From: Candidatus Saccharimonadota bacterium
GTDB taxonomy: Bacteria > Patescibacteriota > Saccharimonadia > CAILAD01 > GCA-016700035
Assembly (NCBI GenBank): GCA_046350755.1
Contig: JAXLZV010000001.1
Coordinates: 11,510 to 75,509, forward strand
Direction: 5' to 3'
DNA length: 64,000 bases
Both the position numbers and the translations under genes were made by a program. Shown here one piece after another: positions 36,775-45,673 of the stretch. Under the pieces are notes generated by a model. It did not search any database. It saw only the letters and a program-made list of their open reading frames with translations, and was not told the origin of the DNA. Every line of letters starts with the position of its first letter. Position 1 is the stretch's first letter.

Positions 36775-36849
36775 TGGGGCGTCGCCAAGTGGTAAGGCAC
36801 CGGTTTTTGGTACCGGCATTCGCAGGTTCGAATCCTGCCGCCCCAGCCA
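36775..36849 (+). tRNA. tRNA-Gln (anticodon UUG)
   Basis: Cloverleaf: acceptor TGGGGCG/CGCCCCA with a U1:A72 pair, a 3-bp D-stem GCC/GGC, anticodon stem CCGGT/ACCGG with loop TTTTGGT giving anticodon TTG, a T-arm GCAGG-TTCGAAT-CCTGC, discriminator G, and an encoded CCA. Confidence 0.85.
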
Positions 36850-36993
36850 AGCATTACGACTAAGTAGACGCGTTTGCACAGTTAGATTTAGTCATAGTGC
36901 TGGGAATAGTATTAAATTACAGATTTTATAGCATCCTAAAAAGAAGTTATAATGCTCAGACATATTACAACAATAATTTAAGAGGAAATAGAT

Positions 36994-37185
36994 ATGATTA
37001 CCGGATATTGCGTTAAATGCAAAGAAAAGGGCGTTGAGCTGTCAGCTCCAGAAATCCACAAAACTAAAAAAGGTGGGTTTATGGCCAAAGGCAAGCACGA
37101 TAAATGCGGAACGACGGTTTGTGCAATGATGTCTCAAGACAATGCAGAAAAAGCAGTAGAAGACGGCGCAACAAAAGCTTACTAA
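36994..37185 (+). CDS. small zinc-ribbon-like protein
   Basis: A 63-aa protein with YCVKCK..KCGTTVC, a strong AAGAGGAAA RBS and an AT-rich upstream region. Confidence 0.45.
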   Translation: MITGYCVKCKEKGVELSAPEIHKTKKGGFMAKGKHDKCGTTVCAMMSQDNAEKAVEDGATKAY

Positions 37186-37203
37186 ACACCTCAAGTAAAA
37201 GAT

Positions 37204-37240
37204 TTGAAAAAAACGGCCGTCCCCCGAGAGGGACGGCCGT
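37204..37240. terminator. bidirectional intrinsic terminator
   Basis: A perfect 11-bp stem ACGGCCGTCCC-CCGAGA-GGGACGGCCGT, flanked by an A-run on one side so that it reads as a T-run on the minus strand. It closes the convergent genes at 36994.. and ..37256. Confidence 0.7.
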
Positions 37241-37255
37241 GGGCGCCGATCGGAA

Positions 37256-38068
37256 TCAGCCGATGGACTCGTTGAGCCCCTGCTGCGACGAGACCACCGT
37301 CACGCCCGAGTCCTTGACGGCCTGGACGATGGCAGTGAGCTGCGCGACCGAGACCGTGTAGGTCGGATCCGTCGGGTCGACAGGCGTGCCGACCTCGTGG
37401 AAGGCGAAAACCGTCCAGCCGTTTGTGGCGATGGTGTCCGCCAGGATGGTCTGGATGTCGGCCAGCGTCGTGCTGTTCTCGATCGAAATCGAATGCACGT
37501 TGTACTGGTCCCAACTCTCCGACTTGTTCGTCGGATCGTCGCAGTTCCGCTGATCCTGGTAGTACAGTATGGCCAGGCTCGTCACCGTGGCGTTCGTGGC
37601 GCAGTAAGGCGTCGCGAAGAGGGTGGGGGCCTTGCCGAGCAGATTGGTCAGGTAGGTCTTGCTGTTCGCCAGCTCGGCCTGAACTTGCGCCTGCGTGAGC
37701 GTGGTCAGGTCCTTGTGATCGACGGTGTGAGCGCCGATGTCGCCACCCTGTGCGACCCAGTCCTGGATCTGCGTGGGTGTCATGTAAGTCCCGACGCCGT
37801 AATTGGCGTTGTGCTGGGCCGTGTCAGTGATGATGTACATCGTCGGCGTGTAGCCGAAGGACTTCATCACGGGCAGGCCGTACTTGTATGCGCTCTGCCA
37901 GCCGTCGTCGAACTCGAAAGAGACGAGTGGGCGGGAGAAGGGGGCATAGGTTGCCGGAAGAGTCGTGGTGGTGGATCCACCGGACCCTCCGGGTGCGGGA
38001 CTGGGCGTGCAGCTGGCCGCGAAGAACGCGAAGCCAGCGATGAGCATGGCCAACAGTTTGCGGTTCAT
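37256..38068 (-). CDS. CE4 polysaccharide deacetylase lipoprotein (NodB homology domain), GC-rich
   Basis: A lipobox (LIAGFAFFAASC) and a Gly/Thr-rich linker, then NodB motif 1 FEFDDGW and motif 2 HTVDH. GC is about 60-65% against about 50% for the window. Confidence 0.75.
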   Translation of the reverse strand: MNRKLLAMLIAGFAFFAASCTPSPAPGGSGGSTTTTLPATYAPFSRPLVSFEFDDGWQSAYKYGLPVMKSFGYTPTMYIITDTAQHNANYGVGTYMTPTQIQDWVAQGGDIGAHTVDHKDLTTLTQAQVQAELANSKTYLTNLLGKAPTLFATPYCATNATVTSLAILYYQDQRNCDDPTNKSESWDQYNVHSISIENSTTLADIQTILADTIATNGWTVFAFHEVGTPVDPTDPTYTVSVAQLTAIVQAVKDSGVTVVSSQQGLNESIG

Positions 38069-38261
38069 TGTCAGGTACTTCTTTCAGTAAGGGATATTAC
38101 ATAATAACATTATAAACTACTCATGTCAATATCTGAATGCTATGTAGGAGTGTCCAATTTGTCTAATATACATCTGCTAAGTTCCAGACCCGAATGCTCA
38201 GCCATACAATCAGCCTTATTCAATAAGACCCGTTAGGGGTCTTTTTTGTTATGATGTCAAC

Positions 38262-38564
38262 ATGATACATGATCGATACAAGAAAGCGCGGGGTGGTTGG
38301 TCGCGAATTTTAGATATCCGCTGTGAGAACTGCGATAGTCATATTTGCTATTACCAAAAAGACGGACCCGGTCATTTGAAAAGGATGTACATTGATCGCA
38401 TGCAAGGCATTGATATCGCTGATGATACTTTGGTTTGCCCACAATGCCAGGAGACGCTCGGTGCAAAAATGATCTATAAAAAAGAGGATAGGCCAGCGTA
38501 TCGGCTGTTTGTTGGCTCGGTAACAAAAAAGATAGTAAAAACACCAATTCTCAAAGCGAAATAG
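38262..38564 (+). CDS. hypothetical zinc-ribbon protein
   Basis: A 100-aa protein with CENCDSHIC..CPQCQ (2x CxxC). Confidence 0.45.
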   Translation: MIHDRYKKARGGWSRILDIRCENCDSHICYYQKDGPGHLKRMYIDRMQGIDIADDTLVCPQCQETLGAKMIYKKEDRPAYRLFVGSVTKKIVKTPILKAK

Positions 38565-38721
38565 TCTACTAAAAACCGTAGGTACTTGTATTAAGGTTCT
38601 CGCTCGAGTACAACGCTCAGCTAAGAAGTGAGCCTGCGTATTCTTGCCCTCCTCATATAAAGCCTCCTCAGAGTGGGAGTATAATGAAGGTGTAACTTAA
38701 CTCTCTTAAGGGAGGTATTCT

Positions 38722-38895
38722 ATGGAACGTTATTCTATCGGCGGCGTAATCTATTTTCTGATCGGCGTCTTTATGGCTAGCTCGCGCGGGTATTTTGCAG
38801 ACCTAGGAACGATTCAAAACATATTATCAGCGTTATTGGCAATTATCCTCTGGCCACTCCTATTGTTTGGAGTGAATCTCAACCTAACATTCTAA
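38722..38895 (+). CDS. small (57 aa) two-TM membrane protein, not in the ORF track
   Basis: AAGGGAGG RBS 7 nt upstream of the ATG; MERYSIGGVIYFLIGVFMASS..LLAIILWPLLLFGVNLNLTF. Confidence 0.35.
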   Translation: MERYSIGGVIYFLIGVFMASSRGYFADLGTIQNILSALLAIILWPLLLFGVNLNLTF

Positions 38896-39009
38896 AACCG
38901 CTGCAAATTTTTGGCTTCACAAGAAGCAAGTGTATTTGGTTATCTGAGGAGTTTTGGTCAGTATTATGATATCAGATCGGTCTAATGTTGCTGAGGCTAC
39001 AATTTGGAA

Positions 39010-40836
39010 CTATTCAACGGTAACGCTTTTTGCGAGATTGCGCGGCTGATCGATATTGAGACCGCGGGCGCGGGCTACATAATAGGCAAAAAGCTGCAAC
39101 GCCACATTATTTACAAGCGGTTGCAGCATGTCGTTGTCGATCGTCGGAACGATGATGGTATCGGTCGCTTCGCTGATTGACTGGTTAGCAATGGCGATAA
39201 TCGGTCCGCGCCGTGCATGGACTTCTGCGATATTAGCGCGCATCTTGTCGCTCAGGGCGTCGTCGGTAGCAAGCGCAATAGTCGGCATCTGCTCATCGAC
39301 GAGGGCGATAAAGCCATGCTTAAGCTCACCAGCACTCAGGCCTTCAGCGTGGGTGTACGAAATCTCTTTGATCTTGAGAGCTCCTTCGAGCGCGACCGGG
39401 TAATTATATTGTCGGCCAATATAGAGCAGACTGGGTGACTGATGATATTTCAGTGCCACCTGTTCAATTGCCTGGTGACTATCGAGTACTTTTTGGATCA
39501 TAGCAGGTAGCTGTTTAATCTTATCGAGCAGGGTTTTTATTTGCGTAAACTCAAGGCCATTACCCCGACCGAGTAAGACAGCATGCATCAAAAGAATCAG
39601 TGATTGCGAAGTGAATGCCTTGGTGCTCGCCACTGATATCTCTGGACCGATGTGATTATAGACGCCAGCGTCGGTCATGCGGGCGATGGTTGAACCGACT
39701 ACATTGACGATACCGGTAGCCAGCACATCGTGGCGCTTGGCTTCTTCGATGGCGGCGATGGTGTCGGCTGTCTCGCCAGACTGCGATAAGGCAATCAGCC
39801 AGGTATGTTCATCAATGTTATTTTTGTTGTAGCGAAATTCTGGCGACATCACGGCGGTCGTCGGTATATCGGTCAGCGTATTAAAGTAGAGCTCGCCGAG
39901 TTTGGCCGAATAGTATGACGTGCCGATGCCCAGCAGCACGACTTGTCGAATATCTTTCAGTCTGTCTCGAACATCGATCAGTCCGCCGAATTTCACCGTG
40001 GCTTGATCAAGCACGATACGCCCACGCACCGAATCTTCGATTGCCCGCGGTTGTTCCATGATCTCTTTGAGTAAGAACGAATCATAGCCCTGCTTGGTGG
40101 CTGAGTCCATATCCCAATCGATCTGAGTGATTGGCTTGGTCAGTGGTGCATTTTCAAAGCTGACAATCTCATAGTCGCTACCTCGCACGTCAATAAGCTC
40201 GCCATCCTCTAGGTAGATGACTTTTTTTGTTCGATCGATAATGGCCGACACATCGGAGGCGATGATAATCTCGTCGTGACCAACACCGACTACAAGCGGG
40301 CTTGCGAGCTTCACGCCGATCAATCGGTCGGGCTCGTCTTCGCTTATCACGCAGAGAGCGAAGGCGCCAGTCAGCTGCTTGATGGCTGCTAGCGTGGCCT
40401 GACGAATATCCCCCTGGTAGAGACTGCCTATCAGTTTTGCGACCACTTCGGTGTCAGTTTCACTATCGCAGAATATGCCTTGTGCTTCGAGCTGGGAGCG
40501 TATGGCTTGATAGTTTTCAATGATCCCGTTATGCACCAACCAGATTTTTTTATCGCTGCTGGCATGAGGGTGGGCATTTTGTATGGTGGCCGGACCATGG
40601 GTTGCCCAACGGGTGTGCGCCACACCGACAGTGCCGACATGCGCTAATGGATGCTGACTGAGAGCAGATTCGAGCTCGACGATCTTGCCGACGGCTTTTT
40701 GCGAGTAGATTTTTGATTCGGTGGCCATCGCCACACCCGCTGAATCATAGCCACGGTACTCGAGGCGCTTCAGACCGCTGACGAGGGTCTGAAGGACTTC
40801 AGACGGTGATCCACTGTAGGCGATTATTCCACACAT
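39010..40836 (-). CDS. glmS: glutamine--fructose-6-phosphate aminotransferase
   Basis: MCGIIAYSG has the N-terminal nucleophile Cys of the glutaminase domain, and there are two SIS domains. 608 aa. Confidence 0.9.
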   Translation of the reverse strand: MCGIIAYSGSPSEVLQTLVSGLKRLEYRGYDSAGVAMATESKIYSQKAVGKIVELESALSQHPLAHVGTVGVAHTRWATHGPATIQNAHPHASSDKKIWLVHNGIIENYQAIRSQLEAQGIFCDSETDTEVVAKLIGSLYQGDIRQATLAAIKQLTGAFALCVISEDEPDRLIGVKLASPLVVGVGHDEIIIASDVSAIIDRTKKVIYLEDGELIDVRGSDYEIVSFENAPLTKPITQIDWDMDSATKQGYDSFLLKEIMEQPRAIEDSVRGRIVLDQATVKFGGLIDVRDRLKDIRQVVLLGIGTSYYSAKLGELYFNTLTDIPTTAVMSPEFRYNKNNIDEHTWLIALSQSGETADTIAAIEEAKRHDVLATGIVNVVGSTIARMTDAGVYNHIGPEISVASTKAFTSQSLILLMHAVLLGRGNGLEFTQIKTLLDKIKQLPAMIQKVLDSHQAIEQVALKYHQSPSLLYIGRQYNYPVALEGALKIKEISYTHAEGLSAGELKHGFIALVDEQMPTIALATDDALSDKMRANIAEVHARRGPIIAIANQSISEATDTIIVPTIDNDMLQPLVNNVALQLFAYYVARARGLNIDQPRNLAKSVTVE

Positions 40837-40946
40837 ATTGGGTAGTATAGCAAATCAGCGATTCGACAGTATTAGTTTTGGCAATACTCGGCTGGCATGC
40901 GGTATATGATAGTATGCAAATATGAACTGCCTGGTCATTTACTTGC

Positions 40947-41471
40947 GTGTACGCCTTTCCCAACAACATGGCTGCAAAGTCTAGGTTGCGTATGCGCAAT
41001 AGCTTGAAGTCCTACCTTTTTGTGGCGATCCAAGCTGGCTTGCTTCTCGGTCTTGTCCTGCTACCCAATCCTGGGGTGAGGCCATCGGGCCAGGTGCAGC
41101 TGATCGGCCGGTTTTTTGAAATCAGCGGGATAGCTGTCCTACTGATAGCTATCTATGACTTGCGACGATCGCTCACCGTGATGCCCACGCCGATAGAAAA
41201 GGGGGTTCTGCAAATACGCGGCACGTACCGCTATGTTCGCCATCCGATGTATTCTGCGGTAATAATGTTGGCTCTAGGCATAGCTGTGGGGAGTGGAGGT
41301 ATCTATAAGTACGTACTGTGTGGTGGCTTAATGGTGCTCTTTCATTACAAGGCTCGGTACGAAGAACAATTATTGCAGGCTAAATATCCAGAGTATGCCG
41401 ACTATATGAAACACACCCCAAGGTTCCTCCCAGTGAGTTGGGGCAAGCATCCACCAAAGAGTACTCCATAG
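40947..41471 (+). CDS. ICMT/PEMT-family membrane methyltransferase
   Basis: A multi-TM protein with GTYRYVRHPMYSAVIMLALGIA (the RHPxY motif) and the C-terminal EE..L motif YEEQLLQAKYPEY. Confidence 0.6.
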   Translation: MYAFPNNMAAKSRLRMRNSLKSYLFVAIQAGLLLGLVLLPNPGVRPSGQVQLIGRFFEISGIAVLLIAIYDLRRSLTVMPTPIEKGVLQIRGTYRYVRHPMYSAVIMLALGIAVGSGGIYKYVLCGGLMVLFHYKARYEEQLLQAKYPEYADYMKHTPRFLPVSWGKHPPKSTP

Positions 41472-41533
41472 CGCATCGGCACACCCTCAAATACCAGCCG
41501 CTCGTTATTGAAGGCTTCTGATATCATGTAGGT

Positions 41534-42040
41534 ATGAAACATGTTCGAGTCCATGAAAAGTATCAAAGCGACTACAGCTACGCTCTGACCGAGCCAGCAG
41601 GCAAAAACTTCGATCCAGCTTTCAAGCCAGACTTAACACCAAAACAAATGTTTCAGCTTGGGATCTTTGGTGGTGATTATTTCACAGAGGCACCAAAAGA
41701 GTTTCCAGCTGACTGGTTTACTGGCGTGACGTTTTCGGGCGGACGAGGTGCCGATAAGTCGCTTAACTATTTTCGCGTCAATGCTAGTCAGCCACTAAAA
41801 GTCTGGCAAGCTAATGACTGGATTTATCCCGAGGATCCGCATGGCTGGGTGCTGTGGTATTGCCGCTACTATATGGGTCGGCGCATACCTGAAGAGGACG
41901 CGCGACAGATTCGACGTTGGAAAAATATGCGACGCCATATAACGCAACTACAAAAAAGCTGCCTGCCAGGCGATGAAGCCTGCCGACCGCGTCAGCGACA
42001 AGCCTTATTGCACTGGGCCTACGATGCGCGCAAACTCTAG
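41534..42040 (+). CDS. hypothetical conserved protein
   Basis: 168-aa soluble ORF with Trp/Tyr-rich blocks (GIFGGDYF, WVLWYCRYYMGRR). No family confidently recognised. Confidence 0.5.
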   Translation: MKHVRVHEKYQSDYSYALTEPAGKNFDPAFKPDLTPKQMFQLGIFGGDYFTEAPKEFPADWFTGVTFSGGRGADKSLNYFRVNASQPLKVWQANDWIYPEDPHGWVLWYCRYYMGRRIPEEDARQIRRWKNMRRHITQLQKSCLPGDEACRPRQRQALLHWAYDARKL

Positions 42041-42060
42041 TCGCCACGCATGAAAACTTT

Positions 42061-43464
42061 CTATACGTAGCCGTGTCGGAACACTTGCCAGAGACGCTTG
42101 ATAGTGGCCATATTCAGCGGAGTGATTGTTCTCCCACGCATTCCTTCAGCCGGTACCATTAAGCGGAGTTGCGTGGGGTACAGCGAGATAGTAACTGGTG
42201 AATCATATTTTTCCCGTTCGCCATCGACACCGACGACAATCTGACGTGACTTGCTTGTCACCCGAAAGTTGGTCGTTTCCCACTGCAAAAAATTCGTTGG
42301 CAGCTTCGAAGTGAAGAGTTGTTTGAGAGTGATCGTGGTCATGAGTTGAGCGATGGTCGTATCATCAAGCTTCGTAACCACGGTGACTTGGAGTTGCCCT
42401 GTACTGAGTGATTTGCGATGACCAAGCTCGATAAGGTTGAGCGTTTCATACGGGTTCACACCGACTAAGATTTGAATAGCCCGCCTGTGCTGCTTACCGG
42501 CTTGGTCGCGAAAGTGGAGATCATAGGCGGGCCGGTCGCCTTCTAAAATAGACTGCAAAACCTTGCGACTAGTAGCCACTTTATGATCACGATAATCTGG
42601 GCTGTCGACGATATCCGCATATAGCCCAAAAGAAGCGTTATTGAGGAATGCGCGACCATTGATGACCCCAACGCTGACAGGACGCTCAATACCGTGGAAG
42701 CTAGCCAAGGCATCAGTGATCCGCTCCGGGTCGAAACCGGCATCGCGGGCAAAATGACAGCGCGTACCTCCCGGTAGGATAACCAGCGGGAGATCGTGTT
42801 CGAGGGCGACCTTCGCAACCGCGCCTAGCGTACCATCACCGCCCGATACTCCCAACACATCAACTCCATCGGCGACCGCCTGGCGGGCCAAGCCTTCGAT
42901 TGAGTCGCCTTTTTTGGTGATAATAACCTTTATCCCAAGAGCTTTGGCGCGTTTATCAATGCCGGCCTTAATGGCTCGACCATTGCCCGATTTGGGATTA
43001 ATGATGAGCACTGGCTGACGAAAGCTCGCCGTGGACTTGGTTTTTTGGGCGATAGCCCGTTTTTGCACCCAGTACCGTTCGCGAAGAGCTTGCACGAGAC
43101 TTACATAGATCGCCCCTAGGCCAATCACCAACGCCAGGCGTCGCAGATCATTATCGCCACTCAGATACAATCCCACGCCGATTGCTAGCATGACCAGGCT
43201 GATGATGAGCAGCCCCCAGCCATACCGCTGGCGCCGTTTTGTACCAGTAAAAATCAACCAGCTACTGTACAAAAAGCCAACACTAATCGCCGCCAGCCCC
43301 AGCAATAGCCATGGTCGAGTCAGTATCGCGAGCAACACGACTCCAACCATAGCGAGAAAAGTAACTAGTGCCAGGGCCGCGGCAAATCGCCATTTTAGTG
43401 AGAGTTTCATATAATCAATTATAGTATGTCTTCCAAGCCTAAGTTTTTTCGTCGAGTCATTCAC
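42061..43464 (-). CDS. membrane-anchored DAG-kinase-like lipid kinase (DAGK_cat, YegS/DgkB family)
   Basis: The N-terminal 150 aa carry four TM helices. The catalytic domain has PVLIINPKSGNG and VLGVSGGDGTLG. The start may be the internal MKLSL at 43410, which would remove the overlap with the divergent gene at 43426. Confidence 0.7.
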   Translation of the reverse strand: MNDSTKKLRLGRHTIIDYMKLSLKWRFAAALALVTFLAMVGVVLLAILTRPWLLLGLAAISVGFLYSSWLIFTGTKRRQRYGWGLLIISLVMLAIGVGLYLSGDNDLRRLALVIGLGAIYVSLVQALRERYWVQKRAIAQKTKSTASFRQPVLIINPKSGNGRAIKAGIDKRAKALGIKVIITKKGDSIEGLARQAVADGVDVLGVSGGDGTLGAVAKVALEHDLPLVILPGGTRCHFARDAGFDPERITDALASFHGIERPVSVGVINGRAFLNNASFGLYADIVDSPDYRDHKVATSRKVLQSILEGDRPAYDLHFRDQAGKQHRRAIQILVGVNPYETLNLIELGHRKSLSTGQLQVTVVTKLDDTTIAQLMTTITLKQLFTSKLPTNFLQWETTNFRVTSKSRQIVVGVDGEREKYDSPVTISLYPTQLRLMVPAEGMRGRTITPLNMATIKRLWQVFRHGYV

Positions 43465-43959
43465 GAGTCTCCACTACTACCTGATTTTATTGCCGGGTCG
43501 GTGATAGACATCGATATTGCCGTGCTGCAGTCTCTCCATATCGGCTGCATGTTGTTAGATATCGATGATACTTTAATGGAGCGGCGTGGCGATGAGTTTG
43601 CACCAGCAATCATCCAGCATCTGGGACGCATTCGTGAGTCCGGCATTGAGCTCGTGATGGGGAGCAACACCAATCGCGACATAACTGCGCTGGCCAACTC
43701 AATTCAGGCTCGGGTGGTTGAGAAAGGCACCCGTCATTTTAAGCCAACCAAAAGATTTTTCCGCCGAATACTCGCGACCATTGAACTGCCGCCAGATCGT
43801 GTCATGATGGTGGGGGATCGAGTGATTAATGATGTCGTAGGTGCAAATCGTTCAGGTGTACAGACCATCCTAGTAGAGCCTGTTGAGCGCCACCTCGGCT
43901 GGCACTCTCAACGCTATCGGGCATATCTGATGCGTCATTCTGTCCAGGCAACAAGCTAG
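43426..43959 (+). CDS. HAD-superfamily phosphatase, YqeG/GEP4-like (PGP-phosphatase-like)
   Basis: Motif I LLDIDDTL, motif II SNT, motif IV GDRVINDV. 177 aa. Confidence 0.65.
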   Translation: MSSKPKFFRRVIHESPLLPDFIAGSVIDIDIAVLQSLHIGCMLLDIDDTLMERRGDEFAPAIIQHLGRIRESGIELVMGSNTNRDITALANSIQARVVEKGTRHFKPTKRFFRRILATIELPPDRVMMVGDRVINDVVGANRSGVQTILVEPVERHLGWHSQRYRAYLMRHSVQATS

Positions 43960-44018
43960 TTCTGCCGAGGGGAAGCTATCTTTTATGTACCGATCGCATC
44001 AGCTGCTAGAATGTAACT

Positions 44019-45002
44019 ATGCCCGATGCCATCCGCGACTATGATCGCGCCAGACAACTACTCGAGATCTATCGTGGTGAGGCTGACGATTTTTTCAAAC
44101 TCTGGCCACGCGATAAGCAATTTTTCTTTTCGGATGATGGGAAGGGCTTCATTTCATACGGCATTCAGCACCATGTGGCGATTTGCATGGGGGATCCAGT
44201 CGGTGCGCCGGATTCGATCCAGCCATTACTCGAAGCCTTCACGCAATATTGCTCAGACAATAAGCTCACTGCGGCATTCATCCAGACTACCAATCGATAT
44301 CAGCGGCACTATCAAGCGATTGGCTTGCGGAGTCTCTTAATAGGGGCCGATGCAGTAATTCAGCTGGATGGTTTTGCCGAGGAGACTATGCACAATAAAT
44401 ATTTTCGTAATCTGGAAAATCGTTTTCTCAAAAATGACTATCGGTTTGAAATCTATTCGCCACCTCATAGCCAAAAGCTGCTCAGTGAACTGCGTGAAAT
44501 TTCTGAAAGTTGGCTGTCTCTGCCGCATCGTAAGGAGTGGTCATTTTTGACCGGACGCTTTGATGATGGCTATCTCCAGCAGGTGGCAATCTATGTTTTA
44601 CGTGATGCCGATGGGGTAGCTCAGGCCTTTGCCAACGACTTGCCATCCTATAAACCTGGGGTTGCCACGATCGATCTCATGCGTCATCGCGCTGACGCCC
44701 CGGCTAATAGTATCGATATGCTGTTTACTCAACTCTTTCTGCGGTGCCAACAGCAGGGCTATAGCTCGTTTAACCTTGGTCTGTCACCGCTCGATGGCCA
44801 GCCTTTCATTACAGGCTTTGCGGCTCGGTCACTCATGTTTATCTATCGCATCAGCGACAGTTTTATCGGTTTTCGCGGGTTACATCAGTTCAAATCCAAA
44901 TACGAACCCCAGTGGGAGCCACGGTATGTATGGTTCCAGGGCGGGACACTCAGTTTGCAGCCAATCGGGGTAGCTGTCGTCAAACTCTTGACCGGATCAT
45001 AA
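44019..45002 (+). CDS. standalone domain resembling the C-terminal aminoacyl-phosphatidylglycerol synthase domain of MprF (DUF2156-like)
   Basis: A soluble protein of about 330 aa with a tandem GNAT-like architecture, called by recall of the LPG_synthase_C family. Not verifiable without an HMM search. Confidence 0.4.
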   Translation: MPDAIRDYDRARQLLEIYRGEADDFFKLWPRDKQFFFSDDGKGFISYGIQHHVAICMGDPVGAPDSIQPLLEAFTQYCSDNKLTAAFIQTTNRYQRHYQAIGLRSLLIGADAVIQLDGFAEETMHNKYFRNLENRFLKNDYRFEIYSPPHSQKLLSELREISESWLSLPHRKEWSFLTGRFDDGYLQQVAIYVLRDADGVAQAFANDLPSYKPGVATIDLMRHRADAPANSIDMLFTQLFLRCQQQGYSSFNLGLSPLDGQPFITGFAARSLMFIYRISDSFIGFRGLHQFKSKYEPQWEPRYVWFQGGTLSLQPIGVAVVKLLTGS

Positions 45003-45088
45003 GCCTAATAATTTTGCGGCCAGCAGTATTCGAGCACACAGTATTTCAGTTGTATCTCGGGAGTATAATATAAGTAGAGGAGGTGATT

Positions 45089-45592
45089 ATGAGCTTACCT
45101 AATACTTATACGAATAAAAATGAAACCGGCTGCTGCGCTGTGCCAAATGTTGGTGCTTGGGATAAAAAGGAACTAACCTTTAAAAAACAGCAGTTCGTTC
45201 GGATGTACACCCGGAGCTTCATGTTCATGCCGCTCAATATAGCCAAGATCATGACTGCTTTGCAGAAAACTGTCGAGGAGGCTGGCGCCACGCCGCCATC
45301 GCAAGAAGTGATGATCTTAAGTCGCGATGTATCGCCCTGGAAAGCGGAGCAGCTGTATCACGTGAGCAAGCCTGTGCCGAAGGCTGATAACGTTACTCTG
45401 GATGGCACCTTTGAGTCACTCGTTTTTGAAGGCCCATATAGTCAGGCCGGCAAATGGTATAAGACACTCGAGGAATACGCCAAACAGCAAGGTCGCACGC
45501 CGGTGAAGACGTATTTTTTCTACACGACCTGCCCGAACTGCGCGAAGCACTATGGCAAGAATTATGTTATCGGCTTAGCGCAAGTCGCTTAG
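45089..45592 (+). CDS. hypothetical protein
   Basis: GGAGG RBS 7 nt upstream of the ATG at 45089; 167 aa with a C-terminal CPNC. Family not recognised. Confidence 0.5.
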   Translation: MSLPNTYTNKNETGCCAVPNVGAWDKKELTFKKQQFVRMYTRSFMFMPLNIAKIMTALQKTVEEAGATPPSQEVMILSRDVSPWKAEQLYHVSKPVPKADNVTLDGTFESLVFEGPYSQAGKWYKTLEEYAKQQGRTPVKTYFFYTTCPNCAKHYGKNYVIGLAQVA

Positions 45593-45673
45593 CTAGCCGC
45601 ACAAGCCTCAGTTCACCAAAGTTGACACTGTTTTACGAAGCTCTTATGCTAACAACATAAGCATAGGTAGGGT

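Noticed and set aside
36697-36879. 60-aa minus-strand ORF overlapping the tRNA-Gln
   Set aside because: It overlaps a well-formed tRNA on the opposite strand and has no RBS, so it is spurious.
36775-38100. Integrative mobile element at the tRNA-Gln
   Set aside because: Despite the compositional island, no integrase, recombinase, transposase or direct repeat of the tRNA 3' end was found. The finding is therefore reported only as a GC-anomalous region, not as a mobile element.
37397-38104. 235-aa and 91-aa plus-strand ORFs antisense to the CE4 deacetylase gene
   Set aside because: The GC-rich sequence produces long open antisense frames. The translations are Arg/Gly/Val-rich without motifs, whereas the minus-strand frame has a lipobox and NodB motifs.
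40837-40946. glmS ribozyme upstream of glmS
   Set aside because: Only about 110 nt separate glmS from the divergent gene. The reverse-complemented leader lacks the conserved glmS ribozyme core elements, such as the P2.1/P2.2 pseudoknot sequences recalled from Firmicutes examples.
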